A stretch of DNA of 64,000 bases, from positions 93,915 to 157,914 of the forward strand of contig JAYRGW010000001.1 of assembly GCA_041907665.1 (NCBI GenBank), written 5' to 3'. Source of the DNA: Bacteroidaceae bacterium (GTDB lineage Bacteria > Bacteroidota > Bacteroidia > Bacteroidales > Bacteroidaceae). Position numbers and translations under genes: made by a program. The notes beneath the pieces were generated by a model that worked only from the letters and a program-made list of their open reading frames with translations, was not told the DNA's origin and searched no databases. Below are positions 31,670 through 41,168 of the stretch, one piece after another (the stretch's first letter is position 1; every line of letters starts with the position of its first letter).

Positions 31670-32011
31670 ATGAATCAGGTGGTAGAAAAAGGGGACAAGA
31701 TGTTTTATCGTATTAGCGAACTGGCTGAGATGTTCGATGTAAACGAGTCATTGCTTCGTTATTGGGAGAAAGAGTTTCCTCAAATTTCACCTAAAACGAA
31801 TAATCGTGGTGTACGCTTGTATCGGAAAGAAGATATTGAGGTAATAGGATTAATTTATCATTTGGTCAAAGAAAGAGGAATGACTTTGCAGGGAGCTCGC
31901 CAGAAATTGAAGGAAAACAAAGAAGATACTGCTCGTAATTATGAGGTGGTTCGTCGGTTAAAAGGTATTAAAGAACAACTTATTGCTTTGAGTAAAGAAT
32001 TGGAAGGATAG
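31670..32011 (+). CDS. MerR-family transcriptional regulator
   Basis: 113 aa with a MerR HTH (YRISELAEMFDVNESLLRYWEKEF...GVRLYRKEDI). An alternative start is M11 at 31700. Confidence 0.8.
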   Translation: MNQVVEKGDKMFYRISELAEMFDVNESLLRYWEKEFPQISPKTNNRGVRLYRKEDIEVIGLIYHLVKERGMTLQGARQKLKENKEDTARNYEVVRRLKGIKEQLIALSKELEG

Positions 32012-32089
32012 GTCAAGTCAATTCTCTGGTCAGTCTTTAATACCATGAAAGAAAAGAAAACAATGACAATTGTTGGAGTGGATTGGTAA

Positions 32090-34348
32090 TTAACTTTCTA
32101 CCCGGGTTGCTGCTTTTATGTTCGGCAGCCTTAAAAGCTCATTACAAATGAGGCGTACATCATCTACGTCGTGTACATACAATTGTACTTTACTAGTGAA
32201 GATGCCGGCTTCTGATTCTATCGTTAGCTTGTGAATATTGACATTAAGACGACGCGAGAGAACTTGAGTAATATCATTCAGTACACCTACGCCATCTATT
32301 CCGTTTATTTGTACATAAACTAAGAATGTTAAGGTCTTTCCGGTATCCCATGTTGTTGCAAGAATTCGATTTCCATAACTACTTTTTAATTTGGCTGCAA
32401 CGGGGCACTCTTGTTGGTGAATAATGACTCTGCCATTTTCATCAATATATCCTAAAACATCGTCGCCAGGGATCGGATGGCAGCAAGTAGCCATGATATA
32501 TTTCTTTTGTATGGCATCTTCCGTTAATTTTAAAACATCTTTTGTGTCGATGAGTTCCTTTCCTTCAGACTTTTCTGTCTCTTCTGGTTTCTTTTCTTTG
32601 CTACTTCCAAAAGAGAGTGTCAATAACTTTTTCCACGATTTGTTTTGTTTACCTTTTATCGCATCCTTGTCTGCCTCTCCTAATACAATTTCTTTTTTGC
32701 CAATGGCTAAGTAAAGTTCATTCTCATTAACTAAATGGTGAAAATGTAGAAGCTTGTCAATAATGCTGGTTGAAAAAGTAAATCCTTCTTTATTGAGAAA
32801 ACCATTAAAAAGGGTTTTGCCGATATCTTCGTATATTTTATTTTCTTTGCGAATGACAGATGCTATTTTTGCACGGGCCTTGGCAGTTGTGGCGTAAGCT
32901 TCCCATTCGGGTTGTATGCGTTGTGATTTCGATGTTAGTATTTCTACCTGATCACCACTTTGTAGCTTGTAGCTGAGCGGCACTAATTTGTGATTTACTT
33001 TAGCTCCTATGCAGTGCACCCCAATATCGGTATGCAACATGAAAGCAAAATCCAAAGCGGTAGAGTTTTGAGGCATAGTCTTGAGTTCCCCTTTTGGAGT
33101 AAAGGCAAAGATTTCTGAGGCGAAAAGGTTTAATTTGATAGCATCAAGAAAATCAATAGCATCGGGCACCGGATCATCTAGAATCTCTTTCACCGTATGT
33201 AGCCATTTTTCTAGTTCGCCCTCGTCTTCACTACCATCTCCACCTTCTTTATATTTCCAGTGTGCTGCAAACCCTTGTTCGGCTATGTCGTCCATACGTT
33301 GACTACGAATCTGTACTTCTATCCATTCGCCGTTGTTGCCCATCAATGTGACATGTAAGGCCTGATAACCATTCGCTTTAGGATGGCTTACCCAATCGCG
33401 TAATCGATCGGGGTGGGGTTTGTATATTTTTGATATAGCAACATAAATATCGAAGCAGTCATTCAATTCTTCGTCCATACTCTTGGGCTCAAACACGATA
33501 CGTACTGCCAGTATATCATAGATCTCTTCAAAAGGAACATGCTTGTTTTGCATTTTGTTCCATATAGAATAGACTGACTTTACCCGTGCGATAATATGGT
33601 ATTTAAGTCCCATCTTGTCGAGCTGGGTACGGATAGGAGTAGTAAATTCTCGAAAGACCTTTTCGCGGGCTGCTGCTGTCGCACTTAACTTTTCTTCAAG
33701 CTCTTTATATTCTTTAGGATGCTCGTATTTGAAACTGAGATTCTCAAGCTCTGTTTTAATTTTGTTTAGCCCTAAACGATTAGCAAGTGGAGCATATATG
33801 TATAATGTTTCTCCTGCTATTTTATATTGTTTATTAAGCGGCATAGAATTGAGTGTCCTCATATTGTGTAGCCTGTCTGCTATCTTGATGAGAATAACAC
33901 GTATATCATCAGACATGGTCAGAAGTAACTTCCTAAAGTTTTCTGCTTGAGCTGATGCTTTATCTCCAAAGATACCACCTGCTATCTTTGTCAGTCCATC
34001 TACAATAGTGGCAATTTTATGTCCAAAGATGTTTTCAATATCTTCGATCGTGTAATCTGTATCCTCAACTACGTCGTGTAGCAATGCCGAACAGATAGAT
34101 GTGGAACCAAGACCAATTTCATTGCACACAATATTGGCTACAGCAATAGGATGTAGTATATATGGTTCACCCGAACGTCGTTTGATTCCTTTGTGAGCCT
34201 GGTTTGCAAAATTAAATGCCTTAGTAATGATTTCAACGCGTTTCCGATGCTTCGTTTGTAAATAGTTATGAAGCAACTCCTGAAAAGCGTCATTTATCAT
34301 CTTCTCTTCAGCAATTTCTTTCTGATTTATTTCATCTGCAGTATCCAT
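32090..34348 (-). CDS. Bifunctional RelA/SpoT-family (p)ppGpp synthetase/hydrolase
   Basis: 752 aa. It has an HD hydrolase motif (HDVVEDT), a synthetase domain (YQALHVTL...EVQIRS), then TGS and ACT-like C-terminal domains. Confidence 0.9.
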   Translation of the reverse strand: MDTADEINQKEIAEEKMINDAFQELLHNYLQTKHRKRVEIITKAFNFANQAHKGIKRRSGEPYILHPIAVANIVCNEIGLGSTSICSALLHDVVEDTDYTIEDIENIFGHKIATIVDGLTKIAGGIFGDKASAQAENFRKLLLTMSDDIRVILIKIADRLHNMRTLNSMPLNKQYKIAGETLYIYAPLANRLGLNKIKTELENLSFKYEHPKEYKELEEKLSATAAAREKVFREFTTPIRTQLDKMGLKYHIIARVKSVYSIWNKMQNKHVPFEEIYDILAVRIVFEPKSMDEELNDCFDIYVAISKIYKPHPDRLRDWVSHPKANGYQALHVTLMGNNGEWIEVQIRSQRMDDIAEQGFAAHWKYKEGGDGSEDEGELEKWLHTVKEILDDPVPDAIDFLDAIKLNLFASEIFAFTPKGELKTMPQNSTALDFAFMLHTDIGVHCIGAKVNHKLVPLSYKLQSGDQVEILTSKSQRIQPEWEAYATTAKARAKIASVIRKENKIYEDIGKTLFNGFLNKEGFTFSTSIIDKLLHFHHLVNENELYLAIGKKEIVLGEADKDAIKGKQNKSWKKLLTLSFGSSKEKKPEETEKSEGKELIDTKDVLKLTEDAIQKKYIMATCCHPIPGDDVLGYIDENGRVIIHQQECPVAAKLKSSYGNRILATTWDTGKTLTFLVYVQINGIDGVGVLNDITQVLSRRLNVNIHKLTIESEAGIFTSKVQLYVHDVDDVRLICNELLRLPNIKAATRVES

Positions 34349-34413
34349 GGCTACACTATGTTTCTATAGCGCAAAGATAATTAATAATTCTTGTTTCACA
34401 ACAATTAATCTTA

Positions 34414-35754
34414 TTATCTATGAATTTTTATTTTTTTACCAGCTCTTATGGTATTGCCTTTGATATGGTTTGCCTTCCTTAATTGCTTGACGGATACATG
34501 GTAGCGTTCTGCGATATCCGATAATGTTTCTCCATTCTTAATGGTGTGAGATTTAGATTTTCGAGAATGCTTTTTCTTTCCATGATGACTATAAGTAGAA
34601 TGATGATGTGAATGCCTGCCGTAGGAATGGCGAGAAAGAGAAGGCTCTGCTGATTTATCGACTTCAACTGTACGGCGATTGGGCAATAGCTGATCTGTTT
34701 TGTATGAGTAAATAGAATCTTTGTTATCTATAAATCGGCTAATATCACTTTGTGGTAATTTTAATGTGTATGGATGGCTATTTCCAGGTATAATGTCTAG
34801 TTTGTATTGAGGATTCAGACTTCTGATTTCCTTTTTGTCTATATTGAGTACTGCAGCAATTTGATCGAAATGAACTTCTTTATCAATTTGAATCGTATCT
34901 GTACTGATTGGAATATTGGTTTCCATCGGGCAGATATTATGATTGCAATAATAGGTCATTACATAATTGGCCGCGATGAAAGCTGGTACATAGCCTCGTG
35001 TTTCACGGGGAAGATAATTGTATATGGCCCAATAGTCCGTTTTACCTCCACTGCGACGTACCGCTTTGTTGATATTGTTAGGGCCGCAATTGTAGGCGGC
35101 GATAACCAAGTTCCAATCGTGATAAATGTTATATAGATCTTTTAGATAACGTGCTGCCGCCCATGTAGCCTTTATTGGATCCCGGCGCTCATCTACCAAG
35201 CTGTTTATTTCTAGTCCATATTGTTTGCCAGTGAAAACCATGAATTGCCATAAACCTGCGGCCCCTACTCTGGATATAGCTTTCGGATTAAGAGATGATT
35301 CTATAACTGGAAGATATTTTAATTCTAAGGGTAAATCGTATGCATCAAGAGCCTCTTCGAATATAGGAATGTAGAAGTTGGCAGCGCTTAGCATGAAAGA
35401 TACCTGATTGCGCATTCTGCACGTATATAGATCAATGAACTTTCTAACAATATCGTTATAAGGCAGTTCCATTACTGCAGGTATCCTTTGAAGTCGATTG
35501 ATATAGATAGAATCTGGGAATGAAGGATTTAGTGGTGAAGTACTACATTCCTTTTGTTGATCAATGAAGTTTTTGACCTGCCAATCGTTTAGTAAACTAT
35601 CCAACGGATAAGTCAAACTTTTGGGAATATCAATTTGTTCTGATTTTGTCTTCCCGTCTTTGTTGATAGTGACATCGACAGTTTGTGCTTCAATATGTGA
35701 TACTGTTACTAGGATAAACAGTAAAAAAGGTAGAAAATAAGAAAATCTTTTCAT
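34414..35754 (-). CDS. Lytic murein transglycosylase (MltD-like) with C-terminal LysM domain
   Basis: 446 aa with a signal peptide. It has an SLT catalytic region (VIESSLNPKAISRVGAAGLWQFM), a low-complexity His/Ser/Lys linker and a LysM domain (HTIKNGETLSDIAERYHVSVKQLRKAN). Confidence 0.85.
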   Translation of the reverse strand: MKRFSYFLPFLLFILVTVSHIEAQTVDVTINKDGKTKSEQIDIPKSLTYPLDSLLNDWQVKNFIDQQKECSTSPLNPSFPDSIYINRLQRIPAVMELPYNDIVRKFIDLYTCRMRNQVSFMLSAANFYIPIFEEALDAYDLPLELKYLPVIESSLNPKAISRVGAAGLWQFMVFTGKQYGLEINSLVDERRDPIKATWAAARYLKDLYNIYHDWNLVIAAYNCGPNNINKAVRRSGGKTDYWAIYNYLPRETRGYVPAFIAANYVMTYYCNHNICPMETNIPISTDTIQIDKEVHFDQIAAVLNIDKKEIRSLNPQYKLDIIPGNSHPYTLKLPQSDISRFIDNKDSIYSYKTDQLLPNRRTVEVDKSAEPSLSRHSYGRHSHHHSTYSHHGKKKHSRKSKSHTIKNGETLSDIAERYHVSVKQLRKANHIKGNTIRAGKKIKIHR

Positions 35755-35786
35755 GCTTTGTATTACTCTATATTTTTACTCATTTC

Positions 35787-36572
35787 TTAAAACCGAAGGC
35801 TGCATTGAATGCCATAAGCTCTTTTGTCTTGCGAAATGATATGGTTATTATTCATTATTACAGGTTCTACTTTCATACTTAAATCTGGCGAAATATCAAA
35901 ATTAGACAGCTCTGCGTCAACATACGCATCTACTATAGATAGCAGATATACGCCTATAAGAGAGAAAATACTCAGATCGCGGTATCTACGATATAAATCT
36001 TTTCTATTCTTTAGTATTGTTGTTAATTGAGTCGTCGAATAGTTCGCGAAACTCGGTATTAAAGTTTTAAAACTATTGGTATTTGGATTCTTGTCTGAGT
36101 AGTCACGATAAGCTTGTGCGTAGTCTTTGTACATTTTGTTATTCCAGCTTAGAGCATAAGCACAACCAGCCAAGCCTCCATAAACAATAGGCAATTTCCA
36201 GTACTTTCGATTGTATATTTGTCCACCTCCGGGGAATATCATGGCTAACCACGTAGCCCTTAGTGGATTTGGGTTGAAGATGGGCTTCTTTAATTTTAGC
36301 GAATCAAATTTTATAGAATCGTTAGCCATTAAAGGTCTCTTCTTATTTTTCTTCTCTACCTTTTTGTTCTCTCCAAGTTCCAAAGTAGAGTCGGCAGGCA
36401 TCGTGAAACGAACCCTTTGCCGTTGTTGAGGTTGTTTTTTTGTCTTTACAGTATCCGAAGGCAATGAAGAATATGGATGGGCATAAGTGTTCCCCGCCGC
36501 CATTAGAATAAAGCAGGTAAACAACATTGAACTAATAATATACCATCTATATTTTGGTAACCTTTTTGTCAT
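35787..36572 (-). CDS. DUF5683-family membrane protein
   Basis: 261 aa. It has the motif FPGGGQIYNRKYWKLPIVYGG. It occupies the conserved Bacteroidetes position just downstream of parB. Confidence 0.7.
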   Translation of the reverse strand: MTKRLPKYRWYIISSMLFTCFILMAAGNTYAHPYSSLPSDTVKTKKQPQQRQRVRFTMPADSTLELGENKKVEKKNKKRPLMANDSIKFDSLKLKKPIFNPNPLRATWLAMIFPGGGQIYNRKYWKLPIVYGGLAGCAYALSWNNKMYKDYAQAYRDYSDKNPNTNSFKTLIPSFANYSTTQLTTILKNRKDLYRRYRDLSIFSLIGVYLLSIVDAYVDAELSNFDISPDLSMKVEPVIMNNNHIISQDKRAYGIQCSLRF

Positions 36573-36575
36573 TTA

Positions 36576-37463
36576 TTATTTGTTGAGGCTGTCGAATATT
36601 TCCATAATATGTTCCAACTCTTCTTCATTGGCAAAAGAAATACTTATTTTCCCCTTTCCCCTATCCGAACATGTGAGTTGCACTTTTGTTTTAAAGAAGT
36701 TCGACAGTTTGCTTTTTAGCATGTTGTACTCTTCTGGAAGTTTGCTTTCTCCAGATGGTTTTATCTTTTTAGAGCCGCTTTTCACAGTCTCTCCTTCAGC
36801 TAGAGATTTGACGATCTCTTCGACTTTACGCACCGAGTAACCATGCTCTTGAATTTCTTTGAAAACCTTGACTTGCAATTTAGGATCGTTTAAAGCAAGT
36901 AAGGTGCGAGCATGTCCCATATCTATCTCTTTCTTCTGTAGAGCTACTTGAATAGGTGCGGGAAGTTTGAGTAGGCGTAGATAATTGGCTATCGTTGCTC
37001 TGTTTTTCCCAACTCTTTCGCTTAACTTCTCTTGGGTTAATCCATACTGGTCGAGAAGATGTTCATAAGCCAAAGCTATTTCTACTGAATTTAAATCTTC
37101 GCGCTGAATATTTTCTATCAATGCCATTTCCATGACATTCTCATCGTCGGCAGTTCTGATATAAGCAGGTACTGCTTTGAGCCCTGCTTTTTGTGAAGCG
37201 CGAAAGCGACGTTCTCCTGCTATAATTTGATATTCTTCATCCGATATTTTACGCAGTGTGATGGGCTGGATAATCCCTATTTCGGCAATGGAATTTGCCA
37301 GTTCTTGTAGTGCATCCTCATCGAATTCTCTACGTGGTTGATTGGGGTTGACTTTAATTTTTGTCAGCTCAATTTCATTGATAGAAGATGAACCTTCTGT
37401 TTTGATGTCGTCCATTGAAAGCAGAGCATCCAATCCGCGTCCTAATGCTTGTCTTTTTGGCAT
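36576..37463 (-). CDS. parB: Chromosome partitioning protein ParB
   Basis: 295 aa with ParB box motifs (NPNQPRREFDEDALQELANSI, IQPITLRK, YQIIAGERRFRAS) and an HTH. Confidence 0.9.
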   Translation of the reverse strand: MPKRQALGRGLDALLSMDDIKTEGSSSINEIELTKIKVNPNQPRREFDEDALQELANSIAEIGIIQPITLRKISDEEYQIIAGERRFRASQKAGLKAVPAYIRTADDENVMEMALIENIQREDLNSVEIALAYEHLLDQYGLTQEKLSERVGKNRATIANYLRLLKLPAPIQVALQKKEIDMGHARTLLALNDPKLQVKVFKEIQEHGYSVRKVEEIVKSLAEGETVKSGSKKIKPSGESKLPEEYNMLKSKLSNFFKTKVQLTCSDRGKGKISISFANEEELEHIMEIFDSLNK

Positions 37464-37471
37464 AACTATTA

Positions 37472-38242
37472 CTATTTGTTGTCGTTATGATTAATAAGTT
37501 CTTTTGCAAGAGCCATGTAATTTCTGGCTCCACTAGAGTCGGCGTCATATAATATGGCGGGAATACCATAACTAGGAGCCTCGCTTAGGCGAACATTCCT
37601 CTGAATAACAGTATTGAACACCAATTCTTGAAAATGGCGCTTTATTTCGTCGTATATTTGATTGGCCTGTCGTTGTCGAGAGTCGAACATGGTGAGCAAG
37701 AATCCTTCAATCTCGAGTGATGGATTGAGGCGCTTTTTTATGATTTTAATTGTATTAAGTAGCTTGCTAATGCCTTCAAGAGCAAAATACTCTGATTGCA
37801 CTGGAATAATAACAGAATTTGCAGCGGTCAGCGAGTTCACCGTTATTAATCCTAATGACGGCGAACAGTCTATTAAGATAAAGTCATACTCATCTTTGAC
37901 AGGAGCAATTACTTTTTTCATAATGTTTTCTCTGTCGGTTATATTGAGCATCTCTATTTCCGCACCAACCAAATCAATGTGTGAAGGAATAATTTTCAGT
38001 GTTTCAATACTAGTGTCGTGAATTGCTTCTCTTACATCAGTATCGTTTATCATACATTCATAAATGGTATATTCGGCTTTTTTTATATCAACCCCTAGTC
38101 CGGAAGAAGCATTTGCTTGCGGATCAGCGTCAACAATGAGCACTCTCTTCTCTAAGGTAGCCAAAGACGCAGCTAAATTAATAGTCGTTGTGGTCTTTCC
38201 GACTCCTCCCTTTTGATTGGCTAAAGCAATAATTTTTCCCAT
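37472..38242 (-). CDS. parA: Chromosome partitioning ATPase ParA/Soj
   Basis: It has the deviant Walker A KGGVGKTT. The likely start is MGKIIALANQ (38242) rather than the longest ORF (38296). Confidence 0.9.
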   Translation of the reverse strand: MGKIIALANQKGGVGKTTTTINLAASLATLEKRVLIVDADPQANASSGLGVDIKKAEYTIYECMINDTDVREAIHDTSIETLKIIPSHIDLVGAEIEMLNITDRENIMKKVIAPVKDEYDFILIDCSPSLGLITVNSLTAANSVIIPVQSEYFALEGISKLLNTIKIIKKRLNPSLEIEGFLLTMFDSRQRQANQIYDEIKRHFQELVFNTVIQRNVRLSEAPSYGIPAILYDADSSGARNYMALAKELINHNDNK

Positions 38243-38414
38243 ATATCTTGGTTTTATTGAAGCAATATTCCTATTGTAAAATGCAAATGTAGACATTTTT
38301 ATTGAAATATGTACGCTTTTTACTCACACTTGATTAAGATTAAGATTTGTAAACGCTAACCGATTACTTTATTTTTGTTACTTTTGCAACATATTAAATA
38401 TCAGTTATTGCTTT

Positions 38415-39191
38415 ATGGAAATTAGTAAGCCTCTTATATTGGTGACCAACGACGATGGCATAATGTCAAAGGGTCTTAGTTCTTTGATTAAATTTATCAG
38501 ACCGTTGGGGGAAATTGTAGTCATGGCACCCGATTCGGCTCGTTCTGGTTCTAGTGGTGCTATTACGTCTTGCGAACCGATTCATTATAGTCTGGTGCGT
38601 CAAGATGTAGGCCTTTCTGTCTATAAATGTTCAGGTACTCCTGTGGATTGTATAAAGATGGCGTTGAATAAAGTTTGTTCTCGTAAGCCCGATTTGGTAC
38701 TTGCTGGAATCAATCATGGTGATAATTCGGCTACAAATGTATATAACTCAGGTACAATGGGTGCAGTTATTGAAGGATGTTTGGATGGAATAAAATCGAT
38801 AGCATTCTCTCTTTGCAATCATGAGATGAATGCCGATTTTGAGCCACAGGCTATTATTGTACGACAGATAACTATTTGGGCATTGCAACGTGAATTGCCT
38901 GAGCTTACTTGCCTGAATGTGAACTTTCCGGATCTTTCTGAGTACAGAGGTATTAAAGTTTGCAAAATGGCTCGTGGGTATTGGAGTCGTGAACTCGACC
39001 CTTGTCCTCGTCGTGGCGATGATCATTACTTTTGGCTTGGCGGTGAGTATGTTGAACTTGATATTAATGATGGCGAAAGTGATCGTCGAGCTTTGTCTGA
39101 AGGGTATGTCGCTATTACTCCTACAAAGCTTGATGTAACGGACTATCAATATATGGGGAAATTACAGCAAGAAATGGATTTATTATCTTAA
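38415..39191 (+). CDS. surE: 5'/3'-nucleotidase SurE
   Basis: 258 aa with the N-terminal LVTNDDG motif and SGTMGA. Confidence 0.9.
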   Translation: MEISKPLILVTNDDGIMSKGLSSLIKFIRPLGEIVVMAPDSARSGSSGAITSCEPIHYSLVRQDVGLSVYKCSGTPVDCIKMALNKVCSRKPDLVLAGINHGDNSATNVYNSGTMGAVIEGCLDGIKSIAFSLCNHEMNADFEPQAIIVRQITIWALQRELPELTCLNVNFPDLSEYRGIKVCKMARGYWSRELDPCPRRGDDHYFWLGGEYVELDINDGESDRRALSEGYVAITPTKLDVTDYQYMGKLQQEMDLLS

Positions 39192-39195
39192 TGCG

Positions 39196-40344
39196 ATGAA
39201 ATATTATTTGGTCGTTGGTGAGGCTTCGGGTGATTTACATGCTTCGAAGTTAATGGAGGCTCTATCGCGTGAAGATAGAGAAGCGGAGTTTCGCTTTTTT
39301 GGTGGAGATGGTATGCGGCAGGTCGGTGGTGTATTAGTGAAACACTATCGCGAAATGGCTTTTATGGGTTTTGTACCTGTATTACTTCATTTACGGACTA
39401 TTTTTTGCAACATGCGCCAATGCAAGGAAGATATTCTTTCGTGGAATCCAGATGTCGTAATATTGGTCGATTATCCTGGATTTAATCTCGCTATTGCCAA
39501 GTATGTTCGCACTCATACCAATGTGCCTGTCTTCTATTATATTTCGCCTAAAATCTGGGCGTGGAAAGAGTACCGTATTAAAGACATTAAGCGATATGTC
39601 AATGAAATGTTTTCCATTTTGCCTTTTGAGGTCCCTTTTTATAATAAGCATCAATATCCAATTCATTATATTGGTAATCCCTCAGTTGAAGAAGTCTTTA
39701 ATTATAAGTCAGCTCATCAGGAATCATTTGAAGATTTCGTCTCCTCGAATCAATTGTCGGGACGTCCTGTTATAGCCCTGCTGGCGGGAAGTCGTCGTCA
39801 AGAAATAAAGGACAATCTTCCTGATATGCTCCGAGCTGCGCAAAGTTTCTCCGAATATGAAATCATATTGGCTGGTGCACCAGGTATTGATTCACAATAT
39901 TATGATCAATATGTTAAGGAAAGAGGAGTAAAAATCGTGTATGGACAGACTTATCGTGTTTTAAGTCATTCTTCAGCTGCGTTAGTTACATCGGGTACGG
40001 CGACTCTCGAAGCTGCTTTATTCCGTGTCCCACAAGCAGTGTGTTATCATACTCCTCTTGTCAAACTTATCTCTTTTCTTCGTCGGCACCTCCTGAAAGT
40101 AAAGTATATTTCTCTTGTCAATCTTATTGTTGAAAGGGAGCTTGTTCGAGAGCTCGTTGCCGATACAATGACTGTTAACAATATGCAAACAGAATTGGAT
40201 CGCCTTCTGAATGACAAAGATTATCGTTTGCAGATATTGGAGGGATATGACCAGATGATGGAACGCTTGGGAGATGCCCATGCATCTGAAAATGCTGCCC
40301 GAGAAATGATGAAATGCCTTGCCTTATGCCGAGATGAGGTATAA
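39196..40344 (+). CDS. lpxB: Lipid-A-disaccharide synthase
   Basis: 382 aa. It has the LpxB N-terminus (VVGEASGDLHASKLMEAL) and the GTATLEAAL motif. Confidence 0.9.
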   Translation: MKYYLVVGEASGDLHASKLMEALSREDREAEFRFFGGDGMRQVGGVLVKHYREMAFMGFVPVLLHLRTIFCNMRQCKEDILSWNPDVVILVDYPGFNLAIAKYVRTHTNVPVFYYISPKIWAWKEYRIKDIKRYVNEMFSILPFEVPFYNKHQYPIHYIGNPSVEEVFNYKSAHQESFEDFVSSNQLSGRPVIALLAGSRRQEIKDNLPDMLRAAQSFSEYEIILAGAPGIDSQYYDQYVKERGVKIVYGQTYRVLSHSSAALVTSGTATLEAALFRVPQAVCYHTPLVKLISFLRRHLLKVKYISLVNLIVERELVRELVADTMTVNNMQTELDRLLNDKDYRLQILEGYDQMMERLGDAHASENAAREMMKCLALCRDEV

Positions 40345-41154
40345 ATAGCAAACGGCTGCTGGTATAGCTAGTAGTGCACTGTCAAATCTATCCAAAAATC
40401 CGCCATGACCAGGCAATATATTGCCAGAGTCTTTTACGCCTAACTTTCTCTTGAACAACGATTCTATCAAATCTCCCCAAGTGCCGAACACCACGATGAT
40501 AGTTGCCAGTCCTATCCATTGAAGAATATTCATAAAAGGAAAGAAGTGAGAGAGAATAGTAGCTGCTATAATGGCTAATAGCCCACCGCCTATTGATCCC
40601 TCCCATGATTTTTTAGGAGAAATTCTTTCAAATAATCGGTGCTTACCTATCATAGAACCAATACAGTAAGCTCCCGTATCGCTGGCCCACAAGAAAATAA
40701 ATACCGAGAGTGGTAGTATGCTATTTATGGTAGTAGTGCCTTGCGCTGTTTGATAGTATAAAACATTCAGTAAGGAGAAAGGCAGTGCTATGTAGATTTG
40801 AGTGAATATAGAATAAGTCCAATTGTTAATTGGATTTTTCTGATTTAAATACAGTTCACTTATTAAAAGGTACATCAATATTAATAGATATGGCAGAAAA
40901 ATACGTGATCCGATCATGTTAGAACAATATCCAGCAAAGGCAAAAAAGAGGTAAATACCACCGGCCATTGTAATCAGCTTATTGATATGAACTTTTTCTG
41001 TCTCATTTATCAATCCTGCAAATTCGTGGATTGTAAGTGCTGTTACTGCTGCAAATATTGAACTGAACGACACGGGGTTATATAGAATACTGACTACAAT
41101 TGCAGCCACAAATAGAACTCCCGTTATAGTACGTGGTATAAATGAACTTTTCAC
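40324..41154 (-). CDS. cdsA: Phosphatidate cytidylyltransferase
   Basis: 276 aa polytopic membrane protein with the CdsA signature (SFFKRxxxxKDxGxxxPGHGGxxDRxDS, here SLFKRKLGVKDSGNILPGHGGFLDRFDS). Confidence 0.9.
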   Translation of the reverse strand: MKSSFIPRTITGVLFVAAIVVSILYNPVSFSSIFAAVTALTIHEFAGLINETEKVHINKLITMAGGIYLFFAFAGYCSNMIGSRIFLPYLLILMYLLISELYLNQKNPINNWTYSIFTQIYIALPFSLLNVLYYQTAQGTTTINSILPLSVFIFLWASDTGAYCIGSMIGKHRLFERISPKKSWEGSIGGGLLAIIAATILSHFFPFMNILQWIGLATIIVVFGTWGDLIESLFKRKLGVKDSGNILPGHGGFLDRFDSALLAIPAAVCYLYLISA

Positions 41155-41168
41155 GATAATTAATTCTT

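Noticed and set aside
34480-34680. His/Ser/Lys-rich stretch (RHSYGRHSHHHSTYSHHGKKKHSRKSKSH) in the MltD-like protein as a metal site.
   Set aside because: It sits between the SLT and LysM domains and looks like a disordered low-complexity linker. There is no supporting context.
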